A DNA stretch of 64,000 nt from an uncultured Gemmatimonadales bacterium (GCA_963739455.1 CAVUAK010000001.1:2521338-2585337), one strand, 5' to 3'. Counted from the stretch's first letter, positions 29,023 to 37,659 are shown. Notes: generated by a model not told the origin, from the letters alone. Program-made: numbers and translations.

Positions 29023-29511
29023 CTAGTATATGGCGCCATCGAGGGACGCGCTCTGCGTCCAGCCCTCCGGGCCACGCACAAACAAATCGAGGGAACTCTG
29101 ACCGCACTTCGGGCCACAGAGCACCGAGACTTCAATCAGGGCGGAGTCCTGGGCGCCATTGAAGGCGGCGCGAGACAAGTAGATGCGATTCTGCCCTGCC
29201 GCCTTCGGTAGTGCAGCCTCGGTGAGACGCACCTGCTTGCCGGAAACAGCGAATTCAACGGGGAAACGGGCTCGCTGCTGATTGGAAGCCCAGAAGCTGC
29301 CGAGCAGCTCGGCGCTCACGCCATTGTTGCTATGATCGCGACACCATGTCACCGAGTCCGCGCCGAGGGCGGGGAGACGAGTGAGAGCCGCGACTTCAAG
29401 TGACTCCGCGGGCTGCGCGCTGAGCACGTCGCGGGCAAGCGTGAGCTCGGCCGTATCGGGCGCCGCAGTGCAGGCGGTAACGAACCAGACTAGGACCCAT
29501 GGTCGCTTCAT
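29023..29511 (-). CDS. Cassette-encoded putative lipoprotein
   Basis: VTAC lipobox; LSRAAFN and CGPKCG motifs. Confidence 0.8.
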   Translation of the reverse strand: MKRPWVLVWFVTACTAAPDTAELTLARDVLSAQPAESLEVAALTRLPALGADSVTWCRDHSNNGVSAELLGSFWASNQQRARFPVEFAVSGKQVRLTEAALPKAAGQNRIYLSRAAFNGAQDSALIEVSVLCGPKCGQSSLDLFVRGPEGWTQSASLDGAIY

Positions 29512-29527
29512 TCGATCTCACTTGGCG

Positions 29528-29657
29528 GCATAACGCGTTGCACATGTGTTGCGGCCGCGGTGGCGGCGCCAGCGACGCGGCTGAAAGAGCTGGTAGCACG
29601 GGCGGCGCTGGCGCCGCAAAACCACCCGCGGCCGACAACACCATGTGCGTGTTATGT
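29528..29657 (-). repeat. attC site (variant B)
   Basis: 130-bp copy. Confidence 0.93.
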
Positions 29658-29983
29658 TCGCGGCGCGATCGACCGTGAGATAGCTACGGAACCTGACCGC
29701 TCATGCTGCTTGGCTCGCATTTCTGATAGTGACGCTGGAGATGCCAGGAACGGCACCAACGCGCCGCTACCTACGTCCCGATGCTTGAGCTCTTGCGAGG
29801 AACCAGGCAACCAATCATGCCAGCTACCAATGGTGCCAGTGCTCGAGCTCGTTGATGCCTGCGTTGTCGTGATGGTTGATGGTACTGTGCCGGACGGGAC
29901 TCCCGCCACTAGAGCCAGACACATAGGACGTTTGTCCTAGGGGTCAGACGTTCAACAGCTGTTCGCCTTCACGGCCGGCCGCG
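29658..29983 (-). other. ORF-poor cassette carrying a palindrome and a -10-like hexamer
   Basis: Only a low-complexity 90-codon frame without RBS; TAGGAC-GTTT-GTCCTA at 29924-29939. Confidence 0.55.
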
Positions 29984-30113
29984 ACATAACGCGTTGCACA
30001 TGTGCTGCGGCCGCGGTGGCGGCGCGAGCGCGGCGACTCAACAGGCTCTTAGCACAGGCCGCGCTCGTGCCGCACGAGTACCCGCGGCCGGCAGCACCAT
30101 GTGCGTGTTATAC
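29984..30113 (-). repeat. attC site
   Basis: 130-bp copy. Confidence 0.93.
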
Positions 30114-30659
30114 GGCACGCCCATCGATCTCCGAGGGCAGAGCCGCGCTGGTACCATCAACGGCGGACAGTTCCCGATCGATACGCGCGACCAGTCGCTG
30201 ACGATCGTATTGACTCAACCCGCTCTGCTCCAGCTCCGCGCGCAGTCGACGCAGGTACGGTACCCGGCGCCGTTTGTCCTGCACGGTGATGCTGCGGAGT
30301 TCAGGGGCGACTTCCTCGCCTGGCTTTCCCCACAGGCCGAAGCGATCAAAGAGCATCCGATCAATAGTCGCTGCACTTGTAGTCCTGATGCCCGGACTAA
30401 CGTTACACTTGCGGCAAGCGGGGAGCGGCGCCACGTACTCCCAGAAGTTCTGAGTAAACCGCGTCCCGCAGAGCCGGCAGCGCATCCAGCTGGCGTACGA
30501 GAGAAGCCATGAACCGCCGAATATCACTCCCCAGCGTGCCACCCCAGCGAGGAATGCACCTTCCACACCGGGTGCGAGCTGTCGCACTCCTAGGCCACTC
30601 GTCACGCCCACGACGAGTGTGAGGCCATAGGTGAGGGCAGAGCGCGCACGGATCGTCAA
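30108..30659 (-). CDS. Cassette-encoded 2-TM protein with CxxC...CxxC Zn-ribbon
   Basis: CRLC and CRKC motifs; stop in R''. Confidence 0.7.
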   Translation of the reverse strand: MTIRARSALTYGLTLVVGVTSGLGVRQLAPGVEGAFLAGVARWGVIFGGSWLLSYASWMRCRLCGTRFTQNFWEYVAPLPACRKCNVSPGIRTTSAATIDRMLFDRFGLWGKPGEEVAPELRSITVQDKRRRVPYLRRLRAELEQSGLSQYDRQRLVARIDRELSAVDGTSAALPSEIDGRAV

Positions 30660-30693
30660 AGGACGCGTAACATCACTCCGGTCTCGTTGTGCC

Positions 30694-30824
30694 GAATAAC
30701 GCGTTGCACATGTGCTGCGGTCGCGGTGGCGGCGCGAGCGCGGCGGCTCAACAGGCTTCTAGCACAGGCCGCGCTCGTGCCGCATCAGTACCCGCGGCCG
30801 ACAGCCACCATGTGCGTGTTATAC
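30694..30824 (-). repeat. attC site
   Basis: 131-bp copy. Confidence 0.93.
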
Positions 30825-31424
30825 CGCAGCGGCCATCGACGCGAGATGCTGCACTTCTGCGCCTTCGATAAGCTCTGGTCGCAGCGCGGATACCAGACGC
30901 CGCGGGACGTAGGTTGCCGCCCAGAAGGCGGGCAGAGCGACAGGCAAGACACGCAGCGCTTCTGGCCAGCGCCAAGCGCTCGTCACTTCCGACACCCCTG
31001 CGAATGATGCCACTACTGCCAGGGTACCGGGCAAAGCGAGCGCCAATGCCAAGCCCGCCAGCCATGTGCGGCTGGGGCGAACCGGCGCGAAGCGTGGCGC
31101 GTACTTAACGTAGAGGCAGTAGGCCAGGATGTAGCCTGGAGCTAGTAGCAGGATGACAAAGCCCGCGAAGTATGCCGAGGTCAGCAGGCATGCGCCGAGA
31201 AATCTCAGCTCGAGCAATCCCTGGCCCTGGAGTAGCACTCCGACAGTGCACGCCAGGACGGTCCACACCAGAAGGCCGGTCAGCGCGGAAAGCGTAGACC
31301 ACACCAGTGCCGCTCGGATTCGGGGCTCGTGCACCAGGGCCGCCGCGCCCGGTGCCAGACTTCTAAGCAGCAGCGCGCTCGCTCCGAGTGTCGACGTTAC
31401 ATAGACCCAGAACCAAGCGCCCAT
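30819..31424 (-). CDS. Cassette-encoded multi-TM membrane protein
   Basis: AAGGAG RBS; about five hydrophobic segments. Confidence 0.8.
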   Translation of the reverse strand: MGAWFWVYVTSTLGASALLLRSLAPGAAALVHEPRIRAALVWSTLSALTGLLVWTVLACTVGVLLQGQGLLELRFLGACLLTSAYFAGFVILLLAPGYILAYCLYVKYAPRFAPVRPSRTWLAGLALALALPGTLAVVASFAGVSEVTSAWRWPEALRVLPVALPAFWAATYVPRRLVSALRPELIEGAEVQHLASMAAAV

Positions 31425-31441
31425 CGATTCTCCTTACTGCG

Positions 31442-31572
31442 GTATAACGCGTTGCACATGTGCTGCGGCCGCGGTCGCGGCGCGAGCGCGGCGACTGAAC
31501 AGGCTTTTAGCACAGGCCGTGCTCGTGCCGCAAGAGTACCCGCGGCTGACAGCCACCATGTGCTTGTTAGGC
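31442..31572 (-). repeat. attC site
   Basis: 131-bp copy. Confidence 0.93.
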
Positions 31573-31578
31573 AGCGCC

Positions 31579-31968
31579 CTAGTGGGGCTTTGGTGCCCCA
31601 TCCATACTCACAGTGAACTCGATACGCTGCTGGACCAGGACGCGCACTGGTGCTCCATCATAGCTGCTGCGAGAGAAGACAGCCTTCCGCACCAGGTCGC
31701 TGGCCGCCCGCGCGTAGCCGGTGTCAGTGGCGGAGATAATTCGCACGGAGCTCGGTTCGACCGCACCTGACGTATCAATGATATAGGTCAGTACCACCTC
31801 AGCCGGCCCACCGCGCCGATAGTTCATTTGAGGCTTGTTCAAGCGAGTCGGTTGCACCGCTAGTGCTGCGAGCGGAACAACCCGAACGCTGTCTGACTGC
31901 GCGCGAAGTGGCATGGCCGCTCCGGCGAGAACCAGAAGCCCGCTCAGGAGACATGGAGTTCTGATCAC
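31579..31968 (-). CDS. Exported TonB C-terminal domain protein
   Basis: VVLTYIIDTSGAVEPSSVRII...DGAPVRVLVQQRIEF. Confidence 0.82.
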   Translation of the reverse strand: MIRTPCLLSGLLVLAGAAMPLRAQSDSVRVVPLAALAVQPTRLNKPQMNYRRGGPAEVVLTYIIDTSGAVEPSSVRIISATDTGYARAASDLVRKAVFSRSSYDGAPVRVLVQQRIEFTVSMDGAPKPH

Positions 31969-32004
31969 AGTCCTCCCTTAGACAAGTCGCGCCCCTTGCG
32001 CGCT

Positions 32005-32135
32005 GCCTAACGCGTTGCACATGTGCTGCGGCCGCGGTGGCGGCGCGAGCGCGGCGACTCAACAGGCTTCTAGCACAGGCCGCGCTCGTGCCGCACCAAG
32101 GTCCGCGGCCGGCAGCCACCATGTGCTTGTTATGC
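32005..32135 (-). repeat. attC site
   Basis: 131-bp copy. Confidence 0.93.
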
Positions 32136-32167
32136 GGCAGAGAGCCTGGAGCTCTGAGCACGACAAC

Positions 32168-32449
32168 TTAGCGAAACCGATACCCAGAGAGGCGTGCTAG
32201 GACGGCCGGGTCCGATCCGCCGTACCGCACGGCGTCGCAGCACGCAACGGCCACCGCCGCGATCGCATGCGATAGCTCCTCCTCCGTGGCCGGCTGCCGG
32301 TGGAAATAGCAGGTGCCCGCGTGATCGTCGAACGCCATCAGTTCCGGGGCCTCAGCCTCAGGAGCTAGGCAAGCAATGCACTGATCCTTGAGGACGAAGA
32401 ACGGGCCTGGGGCGTTGAGTGGCGTGCGCTCGGCTCGATCTTGCTCCAT
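32168..32449 (-). CDS. Single-cluster ferredoxin-like protein
   Basis: NAPGPFFV..DQCIACLAP..EAP...RQP...ACCDAVR; GGAGG RBS. Confidence 0.8.
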   Translation of the reverse strand: MEQDRAERTPLNAPGPFFVLKDQCIACLAPEAEAPELMAFDDHAGTCYFHRQPATEEELSHAIAAVAVACCDAVRYGGSDPAVLARLSGYRFR

Positions 32450-32466
32450 GTCTCCTCCGTGTTGCC

Positions 32467-32597
32467 GCATAACGCGTGGCACATGTGCTGCGGCCGCGGT
32501 GGCGGCGCGAGCGCGGCGGCTGAAAGAGCGGTCAGCACAGGCCGCGCTCGTGCCGCACCTATACCCGCGGCCGCCAGCCACCATGTGCGTGTTATGC
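32467..32597 (-). repeat. attC site
   Basis: 131-bp copy. Confidence 0.93.
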
Positions 32598-32645
32598 AGC
32601 AAGTGGACGGCGCTCAGTCGTTTTTGCAACATACAGAGGATGCCG

Positions 32646-33092
32646 TTACGGATCTCTGAGTGCCCTCTCTACGTACGCGACGATCTCGGCCACCGGAATG
32701 GTGAACACCCCCCCTCGCGCCCTCACCCACTCTTGATAGCCGGCCTCGTAGTCCGGTAGACGAACGGAAACGGTCGCTAGAGTTGTCAGGCTGGCAAGGA
32801 GGGCTGTTCTGGAGATCGGGGCATGAGGCAACTCCGTACTCTCCCCGTCCGGGCGCCGAGGATTGTTGATGTGAAGACCATGAACCGCAATATGAACGAC
32901 CGCGCCAAGGGAGGAGTCAGCCTCTATCCGCAGTATGACGAGCGTTGAAGAGTCTTCGCCAGGCCGCGTGTGATAGTGCCATTCCTGCCCGGCTGCGAGT
33001 GGGGGCGTTAGCGGCTTAATCCCAGCTGACTGAGAGAGCGCCTCCCGAGGGAGCGTCGAGGCCATCGCCAACCACAGCACTAGGCTCCGCAA
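32646..33092 (-). CDS. Cassette-encoded exported hypothetical protein
   Basis: GGAGG RBS with TTG start; GQEWHYHTRPGE, HAPIS and GGVFTIPV motifs. Confidence 0.8.
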   Translation of the reverse strand: MRSLVLWLAMASTLPREALSQSAGIKPLTPPLAAGQEWHYHTRPGEDSSTLVILRIEADSSLGAVVHIAVHGLHINNPRRPDGESTELPHAPISRTALLASLTTLATVSVRLPDYEAGYQEWVRARGGVFTIPVAEIVAYVERALRDP

Positions 33093-33112
33093 TGAGCAGA
33101 CCTCCGGATGCT

Positions 33113-33243
33113 GCATAACGCGTTGCACATGTGCTGCGGCCGCGGTCGCGGCGCGAGCGCGGCGACTCAACAGGCTCTCAGCACTGGCCGCGCTCGTGCC
33201 GCACCAATACCCGCGGCTGACAGCCACCATGTGCTTGTTAGGC
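33113..33243 (-). repeat. attC site
   Basis: 131-bp copy. Confidence 0.93.
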
Positions 33244-33492
33244 CGCCGTCCCAGCCAAGCGGTTGCGGTGGTACCGCCAGGCCATGACCAGTACTGATAG
33301 CGTCAGCACGATGCTGACGGCGTCGACCAGTCGACTATCGCCGAGTCGACTCACCTGTGCGGTGGCAACTGCGGCGGCCAAAAGCAGAAGCACCCGCGCG
33401 CGGTCCTTCAGGCCGCGCCGATAATAGATGCCGGCGACCACCGCAAACGTGATCGGAACGATTGCGAAGGCGGCGATACCGATTAGCTGCAT
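33238..33492 (-). CDS. First cassette: small 3-TM membrane protein (84 aa), copy 2
   Basis: Identical to 2533-2787. Confidence 0.85.
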   Translation of the reverse strand: MQLIGIAAFAIVPITFAVVAGIYYRRGLKDRARVLLLLAAAVATAQVSRLGDSRLVDAVSIVLTLSVLVMAWRYHRNRLAGTAA

Positions 33493-33514
33493 GGCGCCTC
33501 CAAGGTCGTATGCG

Positions 33515-33580
33515 GCCTAACTATCACATGTACTGCGTTTGTTTGTGCCGCACTCAACAGCAGAAGCGTCTTCGTTACAT
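33515..33580 (-). other. Putative attI site
   Basis: Minus strand CAGTACATGTGATA-GTTAGGC: core plus the attC L-box motif, no attC hairpin, AT-richer spacer up to the intI stop. Confidence 0.7.
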
Positions 33581-33693
33581 ATCGCTCCCGAACAACGCGA
33601 AGCATCTCCCCACCCACATTGATGTTACGCACCGGTACTACGATCTGCCAGAACGGCGCTGCATCGGCAGTGCTGTAGTATGGGTCGATTGAC

Positions 33694-34537
33694 CTATCTC
33701 CGATCCAGCGGACTACGCACCCCCAACCCACCCCGATTGAGCACGTGAGTGTAGATCATCGTGGTCGTCACACTCCGATGTCCAAGCAGTTCCTGCACCG
33801 TCCTGATGTCCTAACCATCCTCCAGGAGGTGCGTCGCGAATGAGTGCCGGAAGGTATGACACGTCACCCGGTGCGGCAGGCCCGACACTTGCCCTGCCTG
33901 GGTCACTGCGCGCTGGATGACGGTCGGGTGCAGGTACATGCGCCACTGCCTGGCGTGAGCTCTTCCCCCAGGCACGTATCGGCGCCCCGCCGGAAGCACC
34001 CACCACCAGGGCCACGCCGTCGCCGCACCCTTTCCCTTCCGCTCCATCGCCTCCGGCAACGGGACCGCGACCCCACGCGCAACATCGGCCAGGTGCTGCT
34101 CCTTCACGACCGCGAGATGCTCCCGCAGCGCCGGCTGCATCACCCTCGGCAGCATCGTCACCCGGTCCTTCGCTCCCTTCCCCCTGCGGCGTGAGCTGGC
34201 CCCTCTCGAAGTCAACGTCCTTCACGCGGAGAGTAAGGCATTCCATGAGCCGAAGGCCACTGCCATAGAGCAGCTCCGCCGCCAGCCGGCTGGCGCCGTT
34301 CATGGCGTCGAGCACGACGCCCACCTCATCGCGCGTGAGGACGACGGGCAACCGCTCCGGTGCCTTGGCCCTGACAAGACCATCGAGCCACCCGACGTCG
34401 CGGCGGAGTACCGCGCGGTAGAGGAAGAGGATCCCGCTCAGCGCCTGGGTCTGGGTGGACTCGCTGACCCGACCACGTTCAGCGAGGTCAGTCAAGAATG
34501 CAGTGATCTCCTGGGGGCCAAGCTCTCCGTCATCCAA
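33694..34537 (-). pseudogene. intI: Integron integrase, 5'-truncated, frameshifted and with an internal stop
   Basis: STQTQALSGILFLY, LPVVLTRDEV, LLYGSGLRLMEC, GKGAKDR, IntI insertion (VPLPEAMERK...WPWWWVLPA), [26 protein letters not shown]...TTMIYTHV. Confidence 0.92.
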
Positions 34538-34557
34538 TCGCCGCAGGGCCGAACGAC

Positions 34558-35022
34558 TTATTGCGACCGGCCCCGCAACAACCGCGTCAACGCACGATCC
34601 AGCGCCCCCGCAAATGCCTGCTTGTCCCCCGCACCGAACGGCGCCGGACCACCCGTCACCATTCCCGCGATCCGCGCCTGCTCCATGAAGTCCCGCACCG
34701 ACAACCGCTCACCGATCGTCTCACTCGTGTGCTCCTCCCCCCGCGGGTCCAGCACCGTCACTCCCTTCGGCACCAGCAGCGCCGCAAGCGGCACATCCTG
34801 CGTCACCACCAGGTCGCCCGGCACCGCTTCCGCCACGATATGCTGGTCCGCTACGTCCGCCCCGCCATCGACCCACACCGCCGTCACCAGCGGATTGTTC
34901 GCCGGCGGCCGCAGCTGCTGGTTCGCCACCAGTACCGTCGGTACCCCAAGTCGCTTTGCCGCCCGGAACACGATCTCCTTCACGTCCCGCGGCGTCGCGT
35001 CTGCATCGATCCAGATTTTCAG
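34558..35022 (-). CDS. yaiI: YaiI/YqxD (DUF188) family protein
   Basis: [29 protein letters not shown] and ERLSVRDFM motifs; apparent CTG start. Confidence 0.88.
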   Translation of the reverse strand: MKIWIDADATPRDVKEIVFRAAKRLGVPTVLVANQQLRPPANNPLVTAVWVDGGADVADQHIVAEAVPGDLVVTQDVPLAALLVPKGVTVLDPRGEEHTSETIGERLSVRDFMEQARIAGMVTGGPAPFGAGDKQAFAGALDRALTRLLRGRSQ

Positions 35023-35432
35023 GATGTCTCCTCGAGGACGTTACCGGGTCTTTGGCGCCCCTGCACAAACTCCTGCTGGCCAATCGTCTCATAGTAGTAG
35101 GACTCCGCATCCGAGCCTCGGCGAATCACCGCCACCGTATACGCCGTGCCCGGTACCAGCGGTTGCGCTGCGCTCCCGGTTGCACCCGGCGGCAGCTCGC
35201 CGTACCGCACGCCGGAAGACACTGAACCCTCGGTCCACCAGGTCACAGTTTCGCTGCCAGTGGGATATACCTCCAGCCGATATGCAATGCAGTTGGGCGA
35301 CCAGGTGAACCGCGGAGCCACGTCGGGGCTCGCCACCACCTCCACCCGCTCGCCCGGGGCGCAGGAAGCCGTCGGCTCGCTCGCCGACGAACACGCAGTA
35401 GCCGCGAGCAGGAACAGGGCATTCACTCGCAT
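35019..35432 (-). CDS. Putative lipoprotein
   Basis: GGAGG RBS; ATAC lipobox. Confidence 0.75.
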   Translation of the reverse strand: MRVNALFLLAATACSSASEPTASCAPGERVEVVASPDVAPRFTWSPNCIAYRLEVYPTGSETVTWWTEGSVSSGVRYGELPPGATGSAAQPLVPGTAYTVAVIRRGSDAESYYYETIGQQEFVQGRQRPGNVLEETS

Positions 35433-35541
35433 CGTAACCTCCGGGGTGTGGGTGATGACACACCCCATTCTCCGGCCCGCCCCTCAAGCACCAGTCAAGC
35501 AGCGCTGGGCTTCACGCGCCCCCTCATATAGACTCCGCGCC

Positions 35542-36138
35542 ATGCCGCGCGCCCTCCTCGCCCCCATCGCCCTCCTCACCTGGGCGCTGCTGTCGACCCA
35601 ACCGGCGCCACTCGCGGCACAGGATTCCGTCACCGTCGCCCCGGCCACCGATTCCATCGCCGCCGACACCGTGGCTGCCATCTCCCCCTCCGACACCTCA
35701 AGTCCTCACGTCATCACGTCCTCACGTCCTGAGGCGCCCTCGAGCCTCACTGACTCACTCGCGACGCTCCCAAAGAAGGCGCCGATAGGCCCGAGCGGTG
35801 CCCTCTGGCGCTCCCTCCTCGTGCCCGGATGGGGTCAGGCCAAGCTCGGCCGCGGCGTCGCCGCCGGCATCTTCATCGCCGTCGAGGGCGTTTCCCTCGG
35901 CATGGTCCTCAAGACCAACAGCGAGCTCCAGTACACTCGCGCCACCGATACCACCGCCGTGCACGACAAGTCCCAGGAACGCGAGGATTGGATCGTCATC
36001 CTCGCGCTCAATCACCTGCTCGCCGGGCTCGAGGCCTACGTCTCCGCCCACCTCTGGGATTTCCCCGGCGATCTCGCCCTCAAGCCCACGCACGGCGGCG
36101 TCGCCGCCAGCGTCTCTTTCCCCGTGCGGGTACCGTGA
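35542..36138 (+). CDS. Exported hypothetical protein (DUF5683-like)
   Basis: ALWRSLLVPGWGQ and EAYVSAHLWDF motifs. Confidence 0.75.
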   Translation: MPRALLAPIALLTWALLSTQPAPLAAQDSVTVAPATDSIAADTVAAISPSDTSSPHVITSSRPEAPSSLTDSLATLPKKAPIGPSGALWRSLLVPGWGQAKLGRGVAAGIFIAVEGVSLGMVLKTNSELQYTRATDTTAVHDKSQEREDWIVILALNHLLAGLEAYVSAHLWDFPGDLALKPTHGGVAASVSFPVRVP

Positions 36139-36938
36139 ACGATCTCCCCATCGGCGTCTTCGACTCCGGCCTCGGCGGCCTCACCGTCGTGCACGCCATC
36201 TACCAGCGCCTGCCCGCCGAGTCCACCATCTACTTCGGTGACACCGCGCGCGTCCCCTACGGTCCCAAGTCGCCCGAGACCGTGCAGCGCTACAGCCTCG
36301 AGATCCTCCACTGGCTTCTCGCGCAGGACGTGAAGGCCGTCGTGATCGCCTGCAACACCAGCACCGCGCACGCCCTCGACGCGCTGCGCGCCGAGTCACC
36401 GGTGCCGGTCATAGGCGTCATCGAGCCCGGTGCCCGCGCCGCCGTGCGCGCAGCAGCAGGGCGGGGCATTGGCGTCATCGGCACCGCCGGCACCGTTGCG
36501 AGCGGTGCCTACGTGCGCGCCATCCACGCGCTGGCGCCCGCCACGCAGGTCATTCAGCGTGCCTGCCCGCTGTTTGTGCCATTGGTCGAGGAGGGCTGGT
36601 TCGATCATCGTGCGACGGAACTGATTGCGGAGGAATACCTGGCACCAGTGCGTGACGCCGGCGTCGGGGCACTCGTGCTCGGCTGTACTCACTATCCGCT
36701 GCTCGCCCCCATGCTGCAGCGGGTGATGGGTCCGGACGTGACGCTTATCGACAGCGCCGCCGAGACGGCGCGTGCCCTTGCTGACGCGTTGACAGGGCAG
36801 GGAATTGAGGCGCCCGCGGCAGGGAAACCCACTCACCGGTTTGCCGTGAGTGACGACGCGCCCCGCTTCCTCGCTGTGGGTGGGCGCTTCCTCGGTGACC
36901 GCCTCGGCGCCGCCGAGGTGGTGGACCTCACCCCGTGA
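36135..36938 (+). CDS. murI: Glutamate racemase
   Basis: IGVFDSGLGGL, GDTARVPYG, IACNT and LGCTHYP motifs. Confidence 0.96.
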   Translation: MNDLPIGVFDSGLGGLTVVHAIYQRLPAESTIYFGDTARVPYGPKSPETVQRYSLEILHWLLAQDVKAVVIACNTSTAHALDALRAESPVPVIGVIEPGARAAVRAAAGRGIGVIGTAGTVASGAYVRAIHALAPATQVIQRACPLFVPLVEEGWFDHRATELIAEEYLAPVRDAGVGALVLGCTHYPLLAPMLQRVMGPDVTLIDSAAETARALADALTGQGIEAPAAGKPTHRFAVSDDAPRFLAVGGRFLGDRLGAAEVVDLTP

Positions 36939-37659
36939 AGCTCTTGAGCTCCGCAGTGTTCTCCGTCGCCACCGCATAGCGGAAGCCGTCGAACCACGCA
37001 CCGGGGTTGAGGTACTGCTGGGTGGGTGACAACTGCGCGACGGCGGCGTGGTGCGTGTGCGCCATGATCAGGAGACCGATCTCCGCCCCGCGCCCCAGCC
37101 GGCCCCGCGCCCACGCCTCCTGCTGCGCGAACGCCTTTGCCCGCGCCGATGCGCCCCGGTCATTCTCGCCCATCATTGGCTGCATGCCGAGTACCAGCCG
37201 GTGCGCCAGGTCGGGATGCAGCAGCCGGAAGAGCTTGAGCGCCGCGTCGCTTCCCAGGATCGTGTTGAGCACCCGCGCCGAGCGGCGCGTGTCGGTCAGG
37301 CCATCGCCGTGGATCGCCAGCGTCTCGCGCGATCCGATCTTGAAGCGGAGTTCCCGCGGATGGTACAGTGCCCCCAGGTCGCGCTCCCAGAAGTCGTCGC
37401 CCCAGCGATCGTGGTTGCCACCCACAATCGCGATCGGCACTCGCTTCCTCAGCTCGGACAGGGCGGCCGCCACCCGGAAGCCATGCCTCGGCATGACGTG
37501 CCGGTAGCAGAACCAGAAGTCGAACAGGTCGCCGTTGATCAGCAGCGCATCCCCCAGCGACGGCACCGCCTCGAGGAACCGGAGGAAGGCGTCGGTTACC
37601 TCGGGCGGGGCCGCACCCAGGTGCGCGTCGGCGACGGTGACTACAGTGGTCCCCAGCAC
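36928..37659 (-). CDS. UDP-2,3-diacylglucosamine diphosphatase-like metallophosphoesterase (LpxH family)
   Basis: DAHLG, GDLFDFW, GNHD, HGD, HTH and NPGAW motifs. Confidence 0.85.
   Translation of the reverse strand: MLGTTVVTVADAHLGAAPPEVTDAFLRFLEAVPSLGDALLINGDLFDFWFCYRHVMPRHGFRVAAALSELRKRVPIAIVGGNHDRWGDDFWERDLGALYHPRELRFKIGSRETLAIHGDGLTDTRRSARVLNTILGSDAALKLFRLLHPDLAHRLVLGMQPMMGENDRGASARAKAFAQQEAWARGRLGRGAEIGLLIMAHTHHAAVAQLSPTQQYLNPGAWFDGFRYAVATENTAELKSFTG

Larger units (their letters stand above)
20722..34537 (-). mobile_element. Chromosomal integron: intI pseudogene, putative attI and array of about 20 gene cassettes
   Basis: Tyrosine recombinase with IntI-specific insertion next to 17 full-length attC repeats, each separating 1-2 short ORFs whose ends are mutually complementary (RYYYAAC/GTTRRRY). 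Confidence 0.95.

Noticed and set aside
919..33230. Many ORF-track proteins sharing MCCGRGGGASAA / TRCTCAAAAVAARARR / APPPRPQHMCNAL
   Set aside because: These are translations of the attC repeat in different frames, not a protein family; they also falsely extend cassette ORFs upstream
66..33243. Regularly recurring repeat read as a CRISPR array
   Set aside because: Repeats are about 131 bp, the intervening segments are about 270-800 bp and contain genes, there are no cas genes, and an integron integrase is adjacent
33811..33813. Stop-codon recoding (TAG read-through) in intI
   Set aside because: TAG is used as a normal stop in many genes here, no suppressor or pyl genes are visible, and intI has other lesions
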